Part shown: positions 8,996 to 17,826 of the stretch, one piece after another
How the letters are laid out: each line of letters opens with the position of its first letter
Numbering within the stretch: the first letter of the stretch is position 1
Source: Pseudothioglobus sp. nBUS_23
GTDB lineage: Bacteria; Pseudomonadota; Gammaproteobacteria; PS1; Pseudothioglobaceae
NCBI RefSeq assembly: GCF_051201565.1
Contig: NZ_CP179200.1
Span: 690,001 to 722,000 of the forward strand
DNA: 32,000 nucleotides
Direction of reading: 5' to 3'
The notes under the pieces: generated by a model
What the model was told of the DNA's origin: nothing
The model's database searches: none
What the model saw: only the letters and a program-made list of their open reading frames with translations
Made by a program: the position numbers and the translations under genes

Positions 8996-10194
8996 TCGCT
9001 ATCCCTCCATGCTGGAAAAGGATCATCTAAAGTCACCCAGTGCTCTTTTCCTTTGAGCACATCCTCTTCTGATAATAAGCAATCATTTAAGGCCTCGGTC
9101 ATACTTTCCTTGTCTAGCTTTTGACCTATAAATACCAATTCTTGTCGCATGTCACCAAACGGACCCTCCCAGTTCTTATTGATCGCATCTAGGGATCCTT
9201 CATCTGTGGGCCAATTTTTTTGAGGAACAGATTTCCAGAAAGTTCCTGCAAATCCGTAATGTGCGATTCCTCCTGCTTGATTCCATTCCCACACATAGGC
9301 TGGTCTAGTGCAGAGCCAAAAGTAGCCCTTAGAGCGAATTAGTTTTCCAAATTTTTCAGTGTCATGAAGAAACTTAAAAAACCGCTCTGGATCGAAGGGG
9401 CGCCGTGCCAGATAGCTGAAGCTACTGATTCCATATTCTTCAGTTTCAGGAACGTGTTCTCCTTGCATCTCTTTAAGCCAGCCTGGAGCTTGCTGGGCAC
9501 GCTCAAAGTTAAATAGACCTGTGCTGAGCACCTCGTTGACTGAGACTTTACCTTGACTTATGGGCAGGATTCGAGCGTTTGTATTGAGAGTTTTGAGAAT
9601 AGCAATCAGCCTATCAATATCCGACTTCTTCACTAAATCAGTTTTACTGATCAGGAGTACATCGGCGAACTCGATTTGATCGATCAATAAATCTGCAACA
9701 CTTCTCTCATCATCCTCACCGAGAGATTCTCCAGACTCTTGTAAATATTTTGCTTCATCATAATCCTTTAGAAAATTAACAGCATCAACGACTGTGACCA
9801 TTGTGTCCAATTTTGCGACTTCAGATAGTGAGTTACCATCTTCATCTGCAAAGGTAAAAGTTTCTGCTACGGGTAAAGGCTCTGAAATGCCAGTTGATTC
9901 AATTACAAGATAGTCAAACTTACCTTCTTTGGCAAGTTTATTTACCTCTAGAAGTAGATCCTCTCGAAGCGTGCAACAGATACAACCGTTACTCATTTCT
10001 ATTAATTTTTCTTCTTTATGACTGAGCGACACTTCACTCTTAATCATTTCTGCATCAATATTGATTTCGCTCATATCATTAACGATAACAGCCACCTTTT
10101 TTCCCTCACGGTTATTAAGAATATGGCTAAGAACTGTTGTCTTTCCAGCACCAAGAAAACCGGATAGAACAGTTACAGGTAGAAGCTTTGTCAT
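8992..10194 (-). CDS. COG0523-family G3E GTPase, putative zinc metallochaperone (ZigA/YeiR-like)
   Basis: Walker [10 protein letters not shown], metal-binding GCICCT (CxCC), switch/Walker B block [11 protein letters not shown], NKxD-like SKTD and a CobW C-terminal-type domain. Lies directly downstream of znuCB. Confidence 0.85.
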   Translation of the reverse strand: MTKLLPVTVLSGFLGAGKTTVLSHILNNREGKKVAVIVNDMSEINIDAEMIKSEVSLSHKEEKLIEMSNGCICCTLREDLLLEVNKLAKEGKFDYLVIESTGISEPLPVAETFTFADEDGNSLSEVAKLDTMVTVVDAVNFLKDYDEAKYLQESGESLGEDDERSVADLLIDQIEFADVLLISKTDLVKKSDIDRLIAILKTLNTNARILPISQGKVSVNEVLSTGLFNFERAQQAPGWLKEMQGEHVPETEEYGISSFSYLARRPFDPERFFKFLHDTEKFGKLIRSKGYFWLCTRPAYVWEWNQAGGIAHYGFAGTFWKSVPQKNWPTDEGSLDAINKNWEGPFGDMRQELVFIGQKLDKESMTEALNDCLLSEEDVLKGKEHWVTLDDPFPAWRDSE

Positions 10195-10234
10195 AAATTA
10201 TTTCCTCAATCTACTTAAAAATATATCAATCTAT

Positions 10235-11065
10235 TTACTCGTTTTTAACTTTGTTAAAACGAATACTTTTCACTATTTCAATAATGGCGGTCGGTAAAAC
10301 TGTAATGATAAAAAATATTGATGCGGCGACAACGATACTAGGCCCTGCTGGGGTATCCCATTGAAGCGAACCAAAAAGACCTCCAAATACCGCTATGACT
10401 CCAATCAGAGCTGCTATCAATGCCATCTGTTCGGGTCCGCTTGCGAAACGTCGTGCAATTGCTGCAGGAAAAATAAGCATTGAAGTGATCAGTAAAACTC
10501 CAACGATTTTCATAGAAATAGCGATCACTGCTGCCATCAATAGCATAAAGATAATATTGGCTTGTTCTGGTCTCATGCCTTCTGCTTGAGCAAGCTCAAG
10601 GTTTACCGTGGCGGCAAATAATGATCTCCAGAATATGGCCAATACAATTAAAACCAATAAACCGCCGCCCCAAATGACGGCAATATCAAAGGGAGTAACT
10701 GCTAGTATGTCCCCAAACAGAAAGCCCATCAGGTCAACTCTGACCCATGTCATAAAGCTTAATGCCACCATGCCAAACGCTAGAGCTGAATGGGCAAGAA
10801 GGCCGAGTAATGCATCAGCAGATAGGGTGACTCTTCGTTGCAAAATTAAAAGTGCAAGAGAGACAAATACAGATACCAAGAAAACACTTAATGTGATGTT
10901 CACCTGAAAAAGTAAAGCTAACGCTATGCCTAAAAGAGCTGCATGTGAGAGCGTATCACCGAAATAGGCAAGCCGTCTCCAAACAATGTAACAACCAAGC
11001 GGTCCAGCCACTATAGCAACACCGACTCCAGCAATTATTGCTCGACTAAAAAAATCATCCATCAT
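10235..11065 (-). CDS. znuB: Zinc ABC transporter permease
   Basis: ABC-3 family polytopic permease (FFSRAIIAG...LGCYIVWRRLAYFGDTLSHAALLG). Overlaps znuC by 11 bp. Confidence 0.85.
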   Translation of the reverse strand: MMDDFFSRAIIAGVGVAIVAGPLGCYIVWRRLAYFGDTLSHAALLGIALALLFQVNITLSVFLVSVFVSLALLILQRRVTLSADALLGLLAHSALAFGMVALSFMTWVRVDLMGFLFGDILAVTPFDIAVIWGGGLLVLIVLAIFWRSLFAATVNLELAQAEGMRPEQANIIFMLLMAAVIAISMKIVGVLLITSMLIFPAAIARRFASGPEQMALIAALIGVIAVFGGLFGSLQWDTPAGPSIVVAASIFFIITVLPTAIIEIVKSIRFNKVKNE

Positions 11066-11897
11066 GTTTATCGCCTTCTGTATTTTGGTTTGAATTGTTA
11101 ATCCGATTTACAAAAGTAAGGGGATTGTTTTCAGGATTGATACTTCCATTTGAAAGATGTTGGTGGTCATGTTGGTGCTCATAGAGAGCAAGTCCTGAAG
11201 CTGCTCGCGCTCCAAAAAGATCCTTGTATTCCTTGCTGACAGCAACTTTCATTGGCGTGCCGCTGCAACAGACATGACCGTTGAGACAAATCACGCGGTC
11301 TGTCGCTGCCATGACTATATGTAAATCGTGTGAGATGAGAAGAACTCCGCACTGCAGTTCATCACGAATCTTTTTAATAAGCTCATACATTTCAATCTCA
11401 CCACTAAAGTCAACACCTTGAACAGGCTCATCAAGAACCAATAGCTCTGGCTTAAAAGCTATAGCTCTAGCAAGTAATACTCTTTGAAATTCGCCGCCTG
11501 AGAGAGTCCTAACCTCTGAGTTAGCTAAATGCAAAGTTCCCGTAAGATTCATAGCTCGATCAGCCTCCTCTTTAGTAACATGGCCTGTAAGGCTCATCAA
11601 ACGCCTTACTTTTAAAGGCACAGTCCAATCTATAGAAACCTTCTGAGGGACATAACGAATCTTCAATTTTTTTCGTCTTTTAGCTGAACCCTCATCAGGT
11701 TTAAGAATGCCAAGAGCCATTTTTGCTGTTGTTGATTTTCCAGAGCCATTCGGCCCAATCAATGTAAGAATTTCACCCGACCCTAGGGTCAACGAAACAT
11801 CACGCACTAGCCACCGATCAGATCTATAAATACCTGCTTTATTAAGTGATATAAGAGGCTCGTTTAGTTGTGTCATTTCTAACTTTTGATATTTCAA
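11055..11897 (-). CDS. znuC: Zinc ABC transporter ATP-binding protein with a His-rich C-terminal tail
   Basis: Walker A GPNGSGKST, signature LSGGEFQR, Walker B LVLDEP. The C-terminal tail contains YEHQHDHQH. An alternative start (MTQLNEP) is at 11876. Confidence 0.85.
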   Translation of the reverse strand: MKYQKLEMTQLNEPLISLNKAGIYRSDRWLVRDVSLTLGSGEILTLIGPNGSGKSTTAKMALGILKPDEGSAKRRKKLKIRYVPQKVSIDWTVPLKVRRLMSLTGHVTKEEADRAMNLTGTLHLANSEVRTLSGGEFQRVLLARAIAFKPELLVLDEPVQGVDFSGEIEMYELIKKIRDELQCGVLLISHDLHIVMAATDRVICLNGHVCCSGTPMKVAVSKEYKDLFGARAASGLALYEHQHDHQHLSNGSINPENNPLTFVNRINNSNQNTEGDKHDG

Positions 11898-11933
11898 TCA
11901 ATTTGCTAAAAGAAAATGCAATTATATATTATG

Positions 11934-11952
11934 ATTGCAATATTATTGCAAT
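11934..11952. promoter_or_regulatory. Candidate Zur-type operator in the znuC/znuA divergent control region
   Basis: ATTGCAATATTATTGCAAT is a perfect 19-bp palindrome (9-1-9). Further half-site-like copies are TGCAAT at 11917-11922 and ATTGCAA at 11973-11979. It overlaps a plausible znuA promoter: TTGCAA at 11946-11951, a 17-bp spacer, then TAACAT at 11969-11974. Confidence 0.5.
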
Positions 11953-11995
11953 ATATTTTGTTTCCTGATAACATTGCAAGATTGTCAACTATGAA

Positions 11996-13192
11996 ATGAA
12001 AATAATGAATCATTTAAAATCAATTTTCCTCACATCTGCCTTAATTTCAGGCCTTTCATTTACTGCAAATGCTGAAATTAATGTCGTTGCATCTGTTAAG
12101 CCAGTCCATTCATTGGTCTCTGGAGTCATGGACGGTATTGGTAGGCCGGATCTAATTGTCCAGGGCTCTGCTTCACCACATACCTACTCATTAAGACCTT
12201 CACAAGCTAGACAGCTTGAGGACGCTGACCTGGTTTTCTGGATGGGTCATGAATTGGAGTCTTTTTTAGAGCAGCCTCTTGAGGCAATTGCAACTAAGGC
12301 CCATGTAGTTGAACTGATTGATTCAAGTAAACTTAAAAAAATAAAAATGCGTGAAGGTGGAATGTTTGATGCTCACGCGCATGATGACCATGATGAGCAC
12401 GAAGGACATGATGACCATGATGAGCACGAAGGACATGATGACCATGATGAGCACGAAGGACATGATGACCACGATGAGCACGAAGGAAATGATGACCATG
12501 ATGAGCACGAAGGAAATGATGACCATGATGAGCACGAAGGACATGATGACCATGATGAGCACGAAGGACATGATGACCATGATGAGCACGAAGGACATGA
12601 TGACCATGATGAGCACGAAGGACATGATGACCATGATGAGCACGAAGGACATGATGATCATGGACATGGTGAGTTTGATGTCCACGTTTGGCTTGATCCA
12701 GAAAATGCCAAAGTTTTGGTTAATGAAATCAAGCTAGCGCTAATTGAGCTTGATCCAGTTAATGCTTCAAAATATGAAGCAAACTCTAACAAAATGATTA
12801 CTAAGCTAGACCAGCTTATGGATGAAGTTTCTAAGAAACTTGAATCTGAAAAAGGTAAAGGCTATGTTGTATTTCATGATGCCTATCAATATTTTGAGCA
12901 GCGATTTGGTATGAGCGCAGTTGGATCTATAACGGTCTCTCCTGAGGTTGTTCCAGGAGCTAACCGCATTAGAGAGCTGAAAGAGAAGATTAATGAATTA
13001 AACGCTCACTGTGTCTTTTCTGAGCCTCAATTCGAGCCGAAGCTTGTTTCTACAGTGATAGAGGGAACTCCAGCAAACACAGGGGTTCTTGACCCGCTTG
13101 GTGCTTCGATCAAGGACGGTCCAGAGCTTTACTTCACTCTGATCCGTAACATGGCTGATAGCCTGCACGAATGTCTATCCAAAAAAGACTAA
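11996..13192 (+). CDS. znuA: Zinc ABC transporter periplasmic binding protein with a hyper-expanded His/Asp/Glu-rich loop
   Basis: Signal peptide MKIMNHLKSIFLTSALISGLSFTANA. Cluster A-I SBP blocks (SPHTYSLRPSQ, HVWLDPENA, VFHDAYQYF, CVFSEPQF). 398 aa, versus roughly 310 for typical ZnuA. Confidence 0.9.
   Translation: MKIMNHLKSIFLTSALISGLSFTANAEINVVASVKPVHSLVSGVMDGIGRPDLIVQGSASPHTYSLRPSQARQLEDADLVFWMGHELESFLEQPLEAIATKAHVVELIDSSKLKKIKMREGGMFDAHAHDDHDEHEGHDDHDEHEGHDDHDEHEGHDDHDEHEGNDDHDEHEGNDDHDEHEGHDDHDEHEGHDDHDEHEGHDDHDEHEGHDDHDEHEGHDDHGHGEFDVHVWLDPENAKVLVNEIKLALIELDPVNASKYEANSNKMITKLDQLMDEVSKKLESEKGKGYVVFHDAYQYFEQRFGMSAVGSITVSPEVVPGANRIRELKEKINELNAHCVFSEPQFEPKLVSTVIEGTPANTGVLDPLGASIKDGPELYFTLIRNMADSLHECLSKKD
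12380..12661 (+). repeat. 27-bp in-frame tandem repeat, 10 full units plus a truncated one
   Basis: The unit CATGATGACCATGATGAGCACGAAGGA starts at 12380, 12407, 12434 and so on to 12623. There are three substitutions in 270 bp: CAT->CAC in unit 4, and CAT->AAT at the first codon of units 5 and 6. Confidence 0.95.
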
Positions 13193-13193
13193 T

Positions 13194-13580
13194 ATGAAAG
13201 ACGGACTTCAAACGGAGACTATAGAAAATGGAATGTCTCTTGAGACTTTCTATAAAGATGGTTTGAAGCACGGTAAGGAGGTCTATAAGTATGCCTCAGG
13301 TTCTATCGCATCTGAGGCATATTACTCTAAAGGACTCCTTCAAGGCAAGCTCAGGGAGTGGAGAGAAGATGGTCAGTTACTTCAAGAATTGACTTATAAA
13401 AATAACTTAGAGCATGGTAAAGCCACTACCTGGAATGATAAGGGTCAACTTAGTTCAGAAATTATGATGAAAAAGGGAAGGCCATCTGGAAAATACATCA
13501 TTTATAAAGACGGCGTTATATCAGAAGAGGGTATCGCTACTCCTCCAAAGATAGACCCTCCATCCTGCTCTTGCTGTTAA
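13194..13580 (+). CDS. MORN-variant repeat protein (YwqK-like) with a C-terminal CSCC tail
   Basis: Repeats of the type YKDGLKHGKEVYKYASG, YSKGLLQGKLREWREDGQL, YKNNLEHGKATTWNDKGQL. No signal peptide. Ends ...PPSCSCC. The ATG lies 1 nt after the znuA TAA stop. Confidence 0.65.
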   Translation: MKDGLQTETIENGMSLETFYKDGLKHGKEVYKYASGSIASEAYYSKGLLQGKLREWREDGQLLQELTYKNNLEHGKATTWNDKGQLSSEIMMKKGRPSGKYIIYKDGVISEEGIATPPKIDPPSCSCC

Positions 13581-13594
13581 ATTTAGAGAAAAAA

Positions 13595-14305
13595 CTATAG
13601 GTTTATTTTTTTGTATTGCGTCATGTAATTAACGCTGACATCATCACCCAGCTTATATTTCTTAGTAATTGGGTTATAGGTCATTCCAATCATCGAGCTG
13701 ATTGATAAATTGGACAATCTTGCCCACTCATCGATTTCACTTGGACGAATGAATTTCTGATAGTTGTGGGTCCCTTTAGGTAGAAGATTTAAGACATACT
13801 CAGCGCCTACTATTGCAAAGAAATAAGACTTTGGATTTCTGTTAATTGTTGAGAAGAAAATCCTCCCACTTGGCTTAACTAATTTCGAACAAGCCTCAAT
13901 CACAAGTGAAGGATCCGGGACATGCTCTAACATCTCAAGGCAGGCAATAACGTCAAAAGATTCGGTTTCAGATTTAGCTAAGTCTTCAGCAGATATTGAT
14001 TGATATTCAATATCGAGACCTGACTCAAGGAGGTGAAGTTTGGCAACTTCAAGGCCAGCTTCAGCAAGATCAATTCCAACCACAGTAGCGCCTTCAAGAG
14101 CTAAGGATTCACTCAGTATTCCACCACCACAGCCTACATCAAGTATGCGTTTTCCTTCGAGATTACCTCCGCACTGCTCCTTGATATAGTTTAGACGAAG
14201 CGGGTTAATGTCATGAAGCGGTTTAAATTCAGAATCTCTGTCCCACCAGCGCGCTGCTAGTGCTGCAAATTTATTTACCTCTTCGTGATCAACGTTTGAA
14301 TTCAT
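13595..14305 (-). CDS. ubiG: Bifunctional 3-demethylubiquinol / 2-polyprenyl-6-hydroxyphenol O-methyltransferase
   Basis: Collinear with E. coli UbiG throughout (VDHEEVNKFAALAARWWD, FKPLHDINPLRLNYI, VLDVGCGGGILSE, CLEMLEHVPDP, GTHNYQKFIRPSE). Confidence 0.9.
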   Translation of the reverse strand: MNSNVDHEEVNKFAALAARWWDRDSEFKPLHDINPLRLNYIKEQCGGNLEGKRILDVGCGGGILSESLALEGATVVGIDLAEAGLEVAKLHLLESGLDIEYQSISAEDLAKSETESFDVIACLEMLEHVPDPSLVIEACSKLVKPSGRIFFSTINRNPKSYFFAIVGAEYVLNLLPKGTHNYQKFIRPSEIDEWARLSNLSISSMIGMTYNPITKKYKLGDDVSVNYMTQYKKINL

Positions 14306-14751
14306 AGCGACTTTACAAAGTCTAGAACTTCCTCAGCGTGCCCATCAACTTTAACTTTGTCCCATTGTTTGAGAATATCACCATCAGGACTTATTACAAA
14401 AGTAGATCTGACTATTCCGATATGCTCTTTGCCATACATTTTTTTGAGCTTGAGTACATCAAACTGCTTACAAAGAGACTCATCTTCATCTGAGATCAGG
14501 TCAATCGTATAATTAAATTTGTTGATGAATTTTTCATGGGATGCGATGGAGTCTCTAGAGACGCCGTATACAACAGAATTATTCTCAGCAAAAGCGTCGT
14601 TGAGCCTAGTAAAGTCGTTGCCTTCAATAGTGCATCCTGGAGTGTCATCCTTAGGGTAGAAGTAGAGAACAATGTTTCTTCCTTGGTCATCAGGAATATT
14701 GACATTTTGATCACTTGTTGCGACACATGTAGTAGGGTTTACTTTATTCAT
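14302..14751 (-). CDS. bcp: Thioredoxin-dependent peroxiredoxin Bcp
   Basis: Active-site block YFYPKDDTPGCT. The track ORF runs to 14847 and would overlap lepA. Starting at Met33 (14751) gives an E. coli-like spacing to the YFYPK motif. Met20 (14790) is an alternative. The 4-bp overlap with ubiG suggests an operon. Confidence 0.85.
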   Translation of the reverse strand: MNKVNPTTCVATSDQNVNIPDDQGRNIVLYFYPKDDTPGCTIEGNDFTRLNDAFAENNSVVYGVSRDSIASHEKFINKFNYTIDLISDEDESLCKQFDVLKLKKMYGKEHIGIVRSTFVISPDGDILKQWDKVKVDGHAEEVLDFVKSL

Positions 14752-14802
14752 ATACGATATAATCTCATGGTTTAAATTAAAAGCATTCATTTTATCATTG
14801 AT

Positions 14803-16590
14803 ATGCCAAAAATCCGAAATTTTTCTATCATTGCTCACATCGATCACGGCAAGTCAACCATTGCTGATCGCTTCATTCAATTCTGTGGCGGTTTAACTGA
14901 TCGAGAGATGTCCTCACAGGTTCTTGACTCTATGGATATTGAGAAGGAGAGAGGGATTACAATTAAGTCTCAAAGCGTCTCTTTGAATTATAAGGCAAGG
15001 GATGGTGAGACTTATCAGCTCAACTTTATCGACACTCCTGGACACGTAGATTTTTCATACGAGGTCTCTCGCTCGCTCTCAGCCTGCGAGGGTGCTTTAC
15101 TCATTGTAGATGCTTCACAAGGTGTTGAAGCTCAGACTGTTGCGAATTGTTACACTGCAATAGATCAGGGATTAGAGGTTTTAGCTGTTCTAAACAAGAT
15201 AGATCTCCCAGCCGCCGAGCCTGAGAGAGTGGTTGATGAGATTGAAGATGTTGTAGGGGTTGAGGCGCATGATGCAGTTCATGCGAGTGCTAAATCTGGA
15301 ATTGGTATAGAAGAAATATTAGAACAGATTGTAGAAAAGATTCCATCACCCGAGGGTGAACTGGATGCCCCAATCAAGGCGCTGATTATTGACTCTTGGT
15401 TTGACAACTATCTTGGAGTTGTTTCCTTAATTAGAGTCATCGATGGCGAGATCAAGGCCAAAACAAAAATTAAAATCTTTTCCAATAAAAATGAGCACCT
15501 GGTAGATGAGGTAGGTATTTTTACTCCCAAGAGAACTAAAACAGAAAGCCTCAAGGCGGGTGAGGTTGGCTACTTGATTGCTAGCATTAAGAATATTGAT
15601 GGCGCGCCAGTTGGTGATACGATTACAGGCAGTAAAAACCCTGTTGAGTTGCCACTTGATGGCTTTAAACCAGTCCAGCCTCGTGTTTTTGCTGGTCTAT
15701 TCCCGACCTCGGGTGAGGATTATGAAAAATTTAGAGATGCGCTTGGAAAGCTTCGACTCAATGACGCAGCTTTGCAGTACGAGCCTGAAAATTCAGATGC
15801 TTTAGGGTTTGGATTTAGAATTGGCTTTTTAGGTCTTCTGCATATGGAAATTGTTCAGGAGAGGCTTGAGCGTGAGTATGATTTAGATTTAATCACCACA
15901 GCTCCTACCGTAATCTATGAAATATTAGATACTAAGGGCAATGTATCGAGAATTGATAGTCCCTCAAAGCTTCCACCAGTTCAAACCATAGCAGAGTTCA
16001 GAGAGCCTATCATTACAGCAAATATTCTGGTGACCAGTGAATATGTCGGCCCTGTCATAAGCCTGTGCGTGGAAAAAAGAGGGGTTCAGAAAAGTATTAA
16101 CTATATGGGTAGGCAGGTATCTATCGTTTACGAATTACCTCTGAATGAAGTTGTCTTGGATTTCTTTGACAAGTTAAAGTCTGTCTCAAGAGGGTTTGCC
16201 TCAATGGACTATCAGTTTGAACGCTACCAAGCCTCAGACTTAATCCGCTTAGATATTCTCATTAATAATGAAGGCGTTGATGCTTTAGCACTCATTATCC
16301 ATAGGGATAACTCTGTCTACAAAGGGAGAGAGATTGCTGGAAAAATGAAAGAGCTTATTCCAAGACAAATGTTTGATGTTGCAATTCAGGCCTGCATTGG
16401 AGTTAAGATTATTTCTCGTACTAACGTTAAGGCGCTCAGAAAGAATGTGACCGCAAAGTGTTACGGCGGAGATATAACCAGAAAAAGAAAGCTACTCGAA
16501 AAGCAAAAGAAGGGCAAGAAAAGAATGAGGTCGATTGGAAGGGTAGACATTCCGCAAGAGGCATTCCTTGCTGTACTTCATATTGACTAA
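14803..16590 (+). CDS. lepA: Translation elongation factor 4
   Basis: [28 protein letters not shown] and the LepA-specific C-terminal domain. 595 aa. Confidence 0.95.
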   Translation: MPKIRNFSIIAHIDHGKSTIADRFIQFCGGLTDREMSSQVLDSMDIEKERGITIKSQSVSLNYKARDGETYQLNFIDTPGHVDFSYEVSRSLSACEGALLIVDASQGVEAQTVANCYTAIDQGLEVLAVLNKIDLPAAEPERVVDEIEDVVGVEAHDAVHASAKSGIGIEEILEQIVEKIPSPEGELDAPIKALIIDSWFDNYLGVVSLIRVIDGEIKAKTKIKIFSNKNEHLVDEVGIFTPKRTKTESLKAGEVGYLIASIKNIDGAPVGDTITGSKNPVELPLDGFKPVQPRVFAGLFPTSGEDYEKFRDALGKLRLNDAALQYEPENSDALGFGFRIGFLGLLHMEIVQERLEREYDLDLITTAPTVIYEILDTKGNVSRIDSPSKLPPVQTIAEFREPIITANILVTSEYVGPVISLCVEKRGVQKSINYMGRQVSIVYELPLNEVVLDFFDKLKSVSRGFASMDYQFERYQASDLIRLDILINNEGVDALALIIHRDNSVYKGREIAGKMKELIPRQMFDVAIQACIGVKIISRTNVKALRKNVTAKCYGGDITRKRKLLEKQKKGKKRMRSIGRVDIPQEAFLAVLHID

Positions 16591-16982
16591 ACTATCTTTT
16601 CAAGACCGCTAAACCAGTCTGTGTGGTCTTTAGCGCAAACGAGTGTTGGCTTAATTTCAGGGATTTCCATAGTGCTTCCCAGTGGTGCCAACATCCATCC
16701 TTTTGAGGGTATAAATCTTGGCGCTCTTGAGCCGCATTTTTTACAGAAAGCATTCCCAAAAGTATTAGGCGGCTCTAAAGTATATTGACCCGTATTCTCT
16801 TGACCTGAAATCCACCTAAATTGATTCGCTTTGACAAAGAGGTTCGTTGCAAATGCAGCGCCCGTTACCTTTCTGCACCTTGAGCATTGACACATCCCAA
16901 AAAATTCATAGGGGCCTGAGAGCTCCCATGAAACTTCGCCACATAAACATTCGCCTTTGAGTGTTTTAAATTCAGAGCTCAT
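16587..16982 (-). CDS. GFA/CENP-V family Zn-binding protein (glutathione-dependent formaldehyde-activating enzyme-like)
   Basis: Cys pattern CLCGEV...CQCSRCRK...FCKKCGS, typical of the GFA fold. Its stop overlaps the lepA stop (convergent). 4-bp overlap with the upstream ypjD-like gene. Confidence 0.7.
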   Translation of the reverse strand: MSSEFKTLKGECLCGEVSWELSGPYEFFGMCQCSRCRKVTGAAFATNLFVKANQFRWISGQENTGQYTLEPPNTFGNAFCKKCGSRAPRFIPSKGWMLAPLGSTMEIPEIKPTLVCAKDHTDWFSGLEKIV

Positions 16983-17776
16983 AAGGCAAAGACTTCTATG
17001 AAGAATTTAGTTCCAAAGTAAGATAAGAGCAATACAGCAAAAGCTATTTGAGTTAATAAAACAATTAATTTGCCCCTGATTCCGAAAACCATGTGTGCAA
17101 ACAAGATACCAGCAAAACCAAGCCAAGCCAAAACAGATAGGATTGTCTTATAGGTCAGTTGCTGAGTGAAAAAATCACTGATATAGAGGTAGCCTGAGAT
17201 GAGTGACAGTGTGAGCAGTAAGAAGCCCATCTTTAAAGTTTGATATAAAAAATCTTCCATAGTTTGAAGTGCAGGAAGTTTATCTACAAAAGTGTTGAAG
17301 TTGTGTTCATGAAGAAAGCGCTCTTGAATGCTCAGAAGCAGTGATTGTCCGACAGCCAGAGAGAGAAGAGCGTATGCACCAATGGACAAAAATACGTGTG
17401 CTGCTATTGAGATTGATAGTAATTTTCCTCCTGAGCCAGGATAGAGAAAGGCGACAATCACTGCAATTGCACTCAACGGGTATACGATGATTCCAAGAGA
17501 GTGAATAGGCTTAGTGAATGAGGTCAAAAACAACAGCGTTGCTACTACCCAGGCAACAAAAGAAACGCTAACCGTTAATCCAAAGAATACGCCTTCATGC
17601 TGCCAGAGCTCAAACAAGATATAGCCATGAGACCAGCACGCAACAAAGAGCAATAAATTAACTATAACCCTATGTTGATTTGAAACCGTATCTAGTACAA
17701 AATATCGGGTAAGCAAAAGACCAGCAATCAGGTAAGTAATAAATGGCAGAGTGTGTAGTAATGGCATCTCTAGCAA
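16979..17776 (-). CDS. ypjD: Cytochrome c assembly (CcsA-like) family inner-membrane protein
   Basis: 265-aa polytopic membrane protein transcribed divergently from ffh. This conserved arrangement is known for E. coli ypjD. Confidence 0.65.
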   Translation of the reverse strand: MLEMPLLHTLPFITYLIAGLLLTRYFVLDTVSNQHRVIVNLLLFVACWSHGYILFELWQHEGVFFGLTVSVSFVAWVVATLLFLTSFTKPIHSLGIIVYPLSAIAVIVAFLYPGSGGKLLSISIAAHVFLSIGAYALLSLAVGQSLLLSIQERFLHEHNFNTFVDKLPALQTMEDFLYQTLKMGFLLLTLSLISGYLYISDFFTQQLTYKTILSVLAWLGFAGILFAHMVFGIRGKLIVLLTQIAFAVLLLSYFGTKFFIEVFAL

Positions 17777-17826
17777 TGGCTTTGCAAAAGCTTATATAAT
17801 AATATATTTCAGTCAACCAGAACATA

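Noticed and set aside
12380-12661. Possible CRISPR array or minisatellite
   Set aside because: The units are head-to-tail with no spacers, the unit length is a multiple of 3, and the array sits in frame within znuA. It is a coding tandem repeat, not a CRISPR array.
12323-12737. Two long ORFs (120 aa on the minus strand, 128 aa on the plus strand) overlapping the znuA repeat region
   Set aside because: Both are alternative-frame readings of the 27-bp tandem repeat. They give monotonous MMTMMSTKD and IMVIMSFVL repeats. They lie wholly inside a well-supported znuA frame, so they are repeat-induced shadow ORFs.
14752-14847. Long N-terminal extension of bcp overlapping the lepA start
   Set aside because: The extension would place the start codon inside divergent lepA and push the YFYPK active-site block far from its usual position. 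An internal Met (14751, or 14790) is more plausible.
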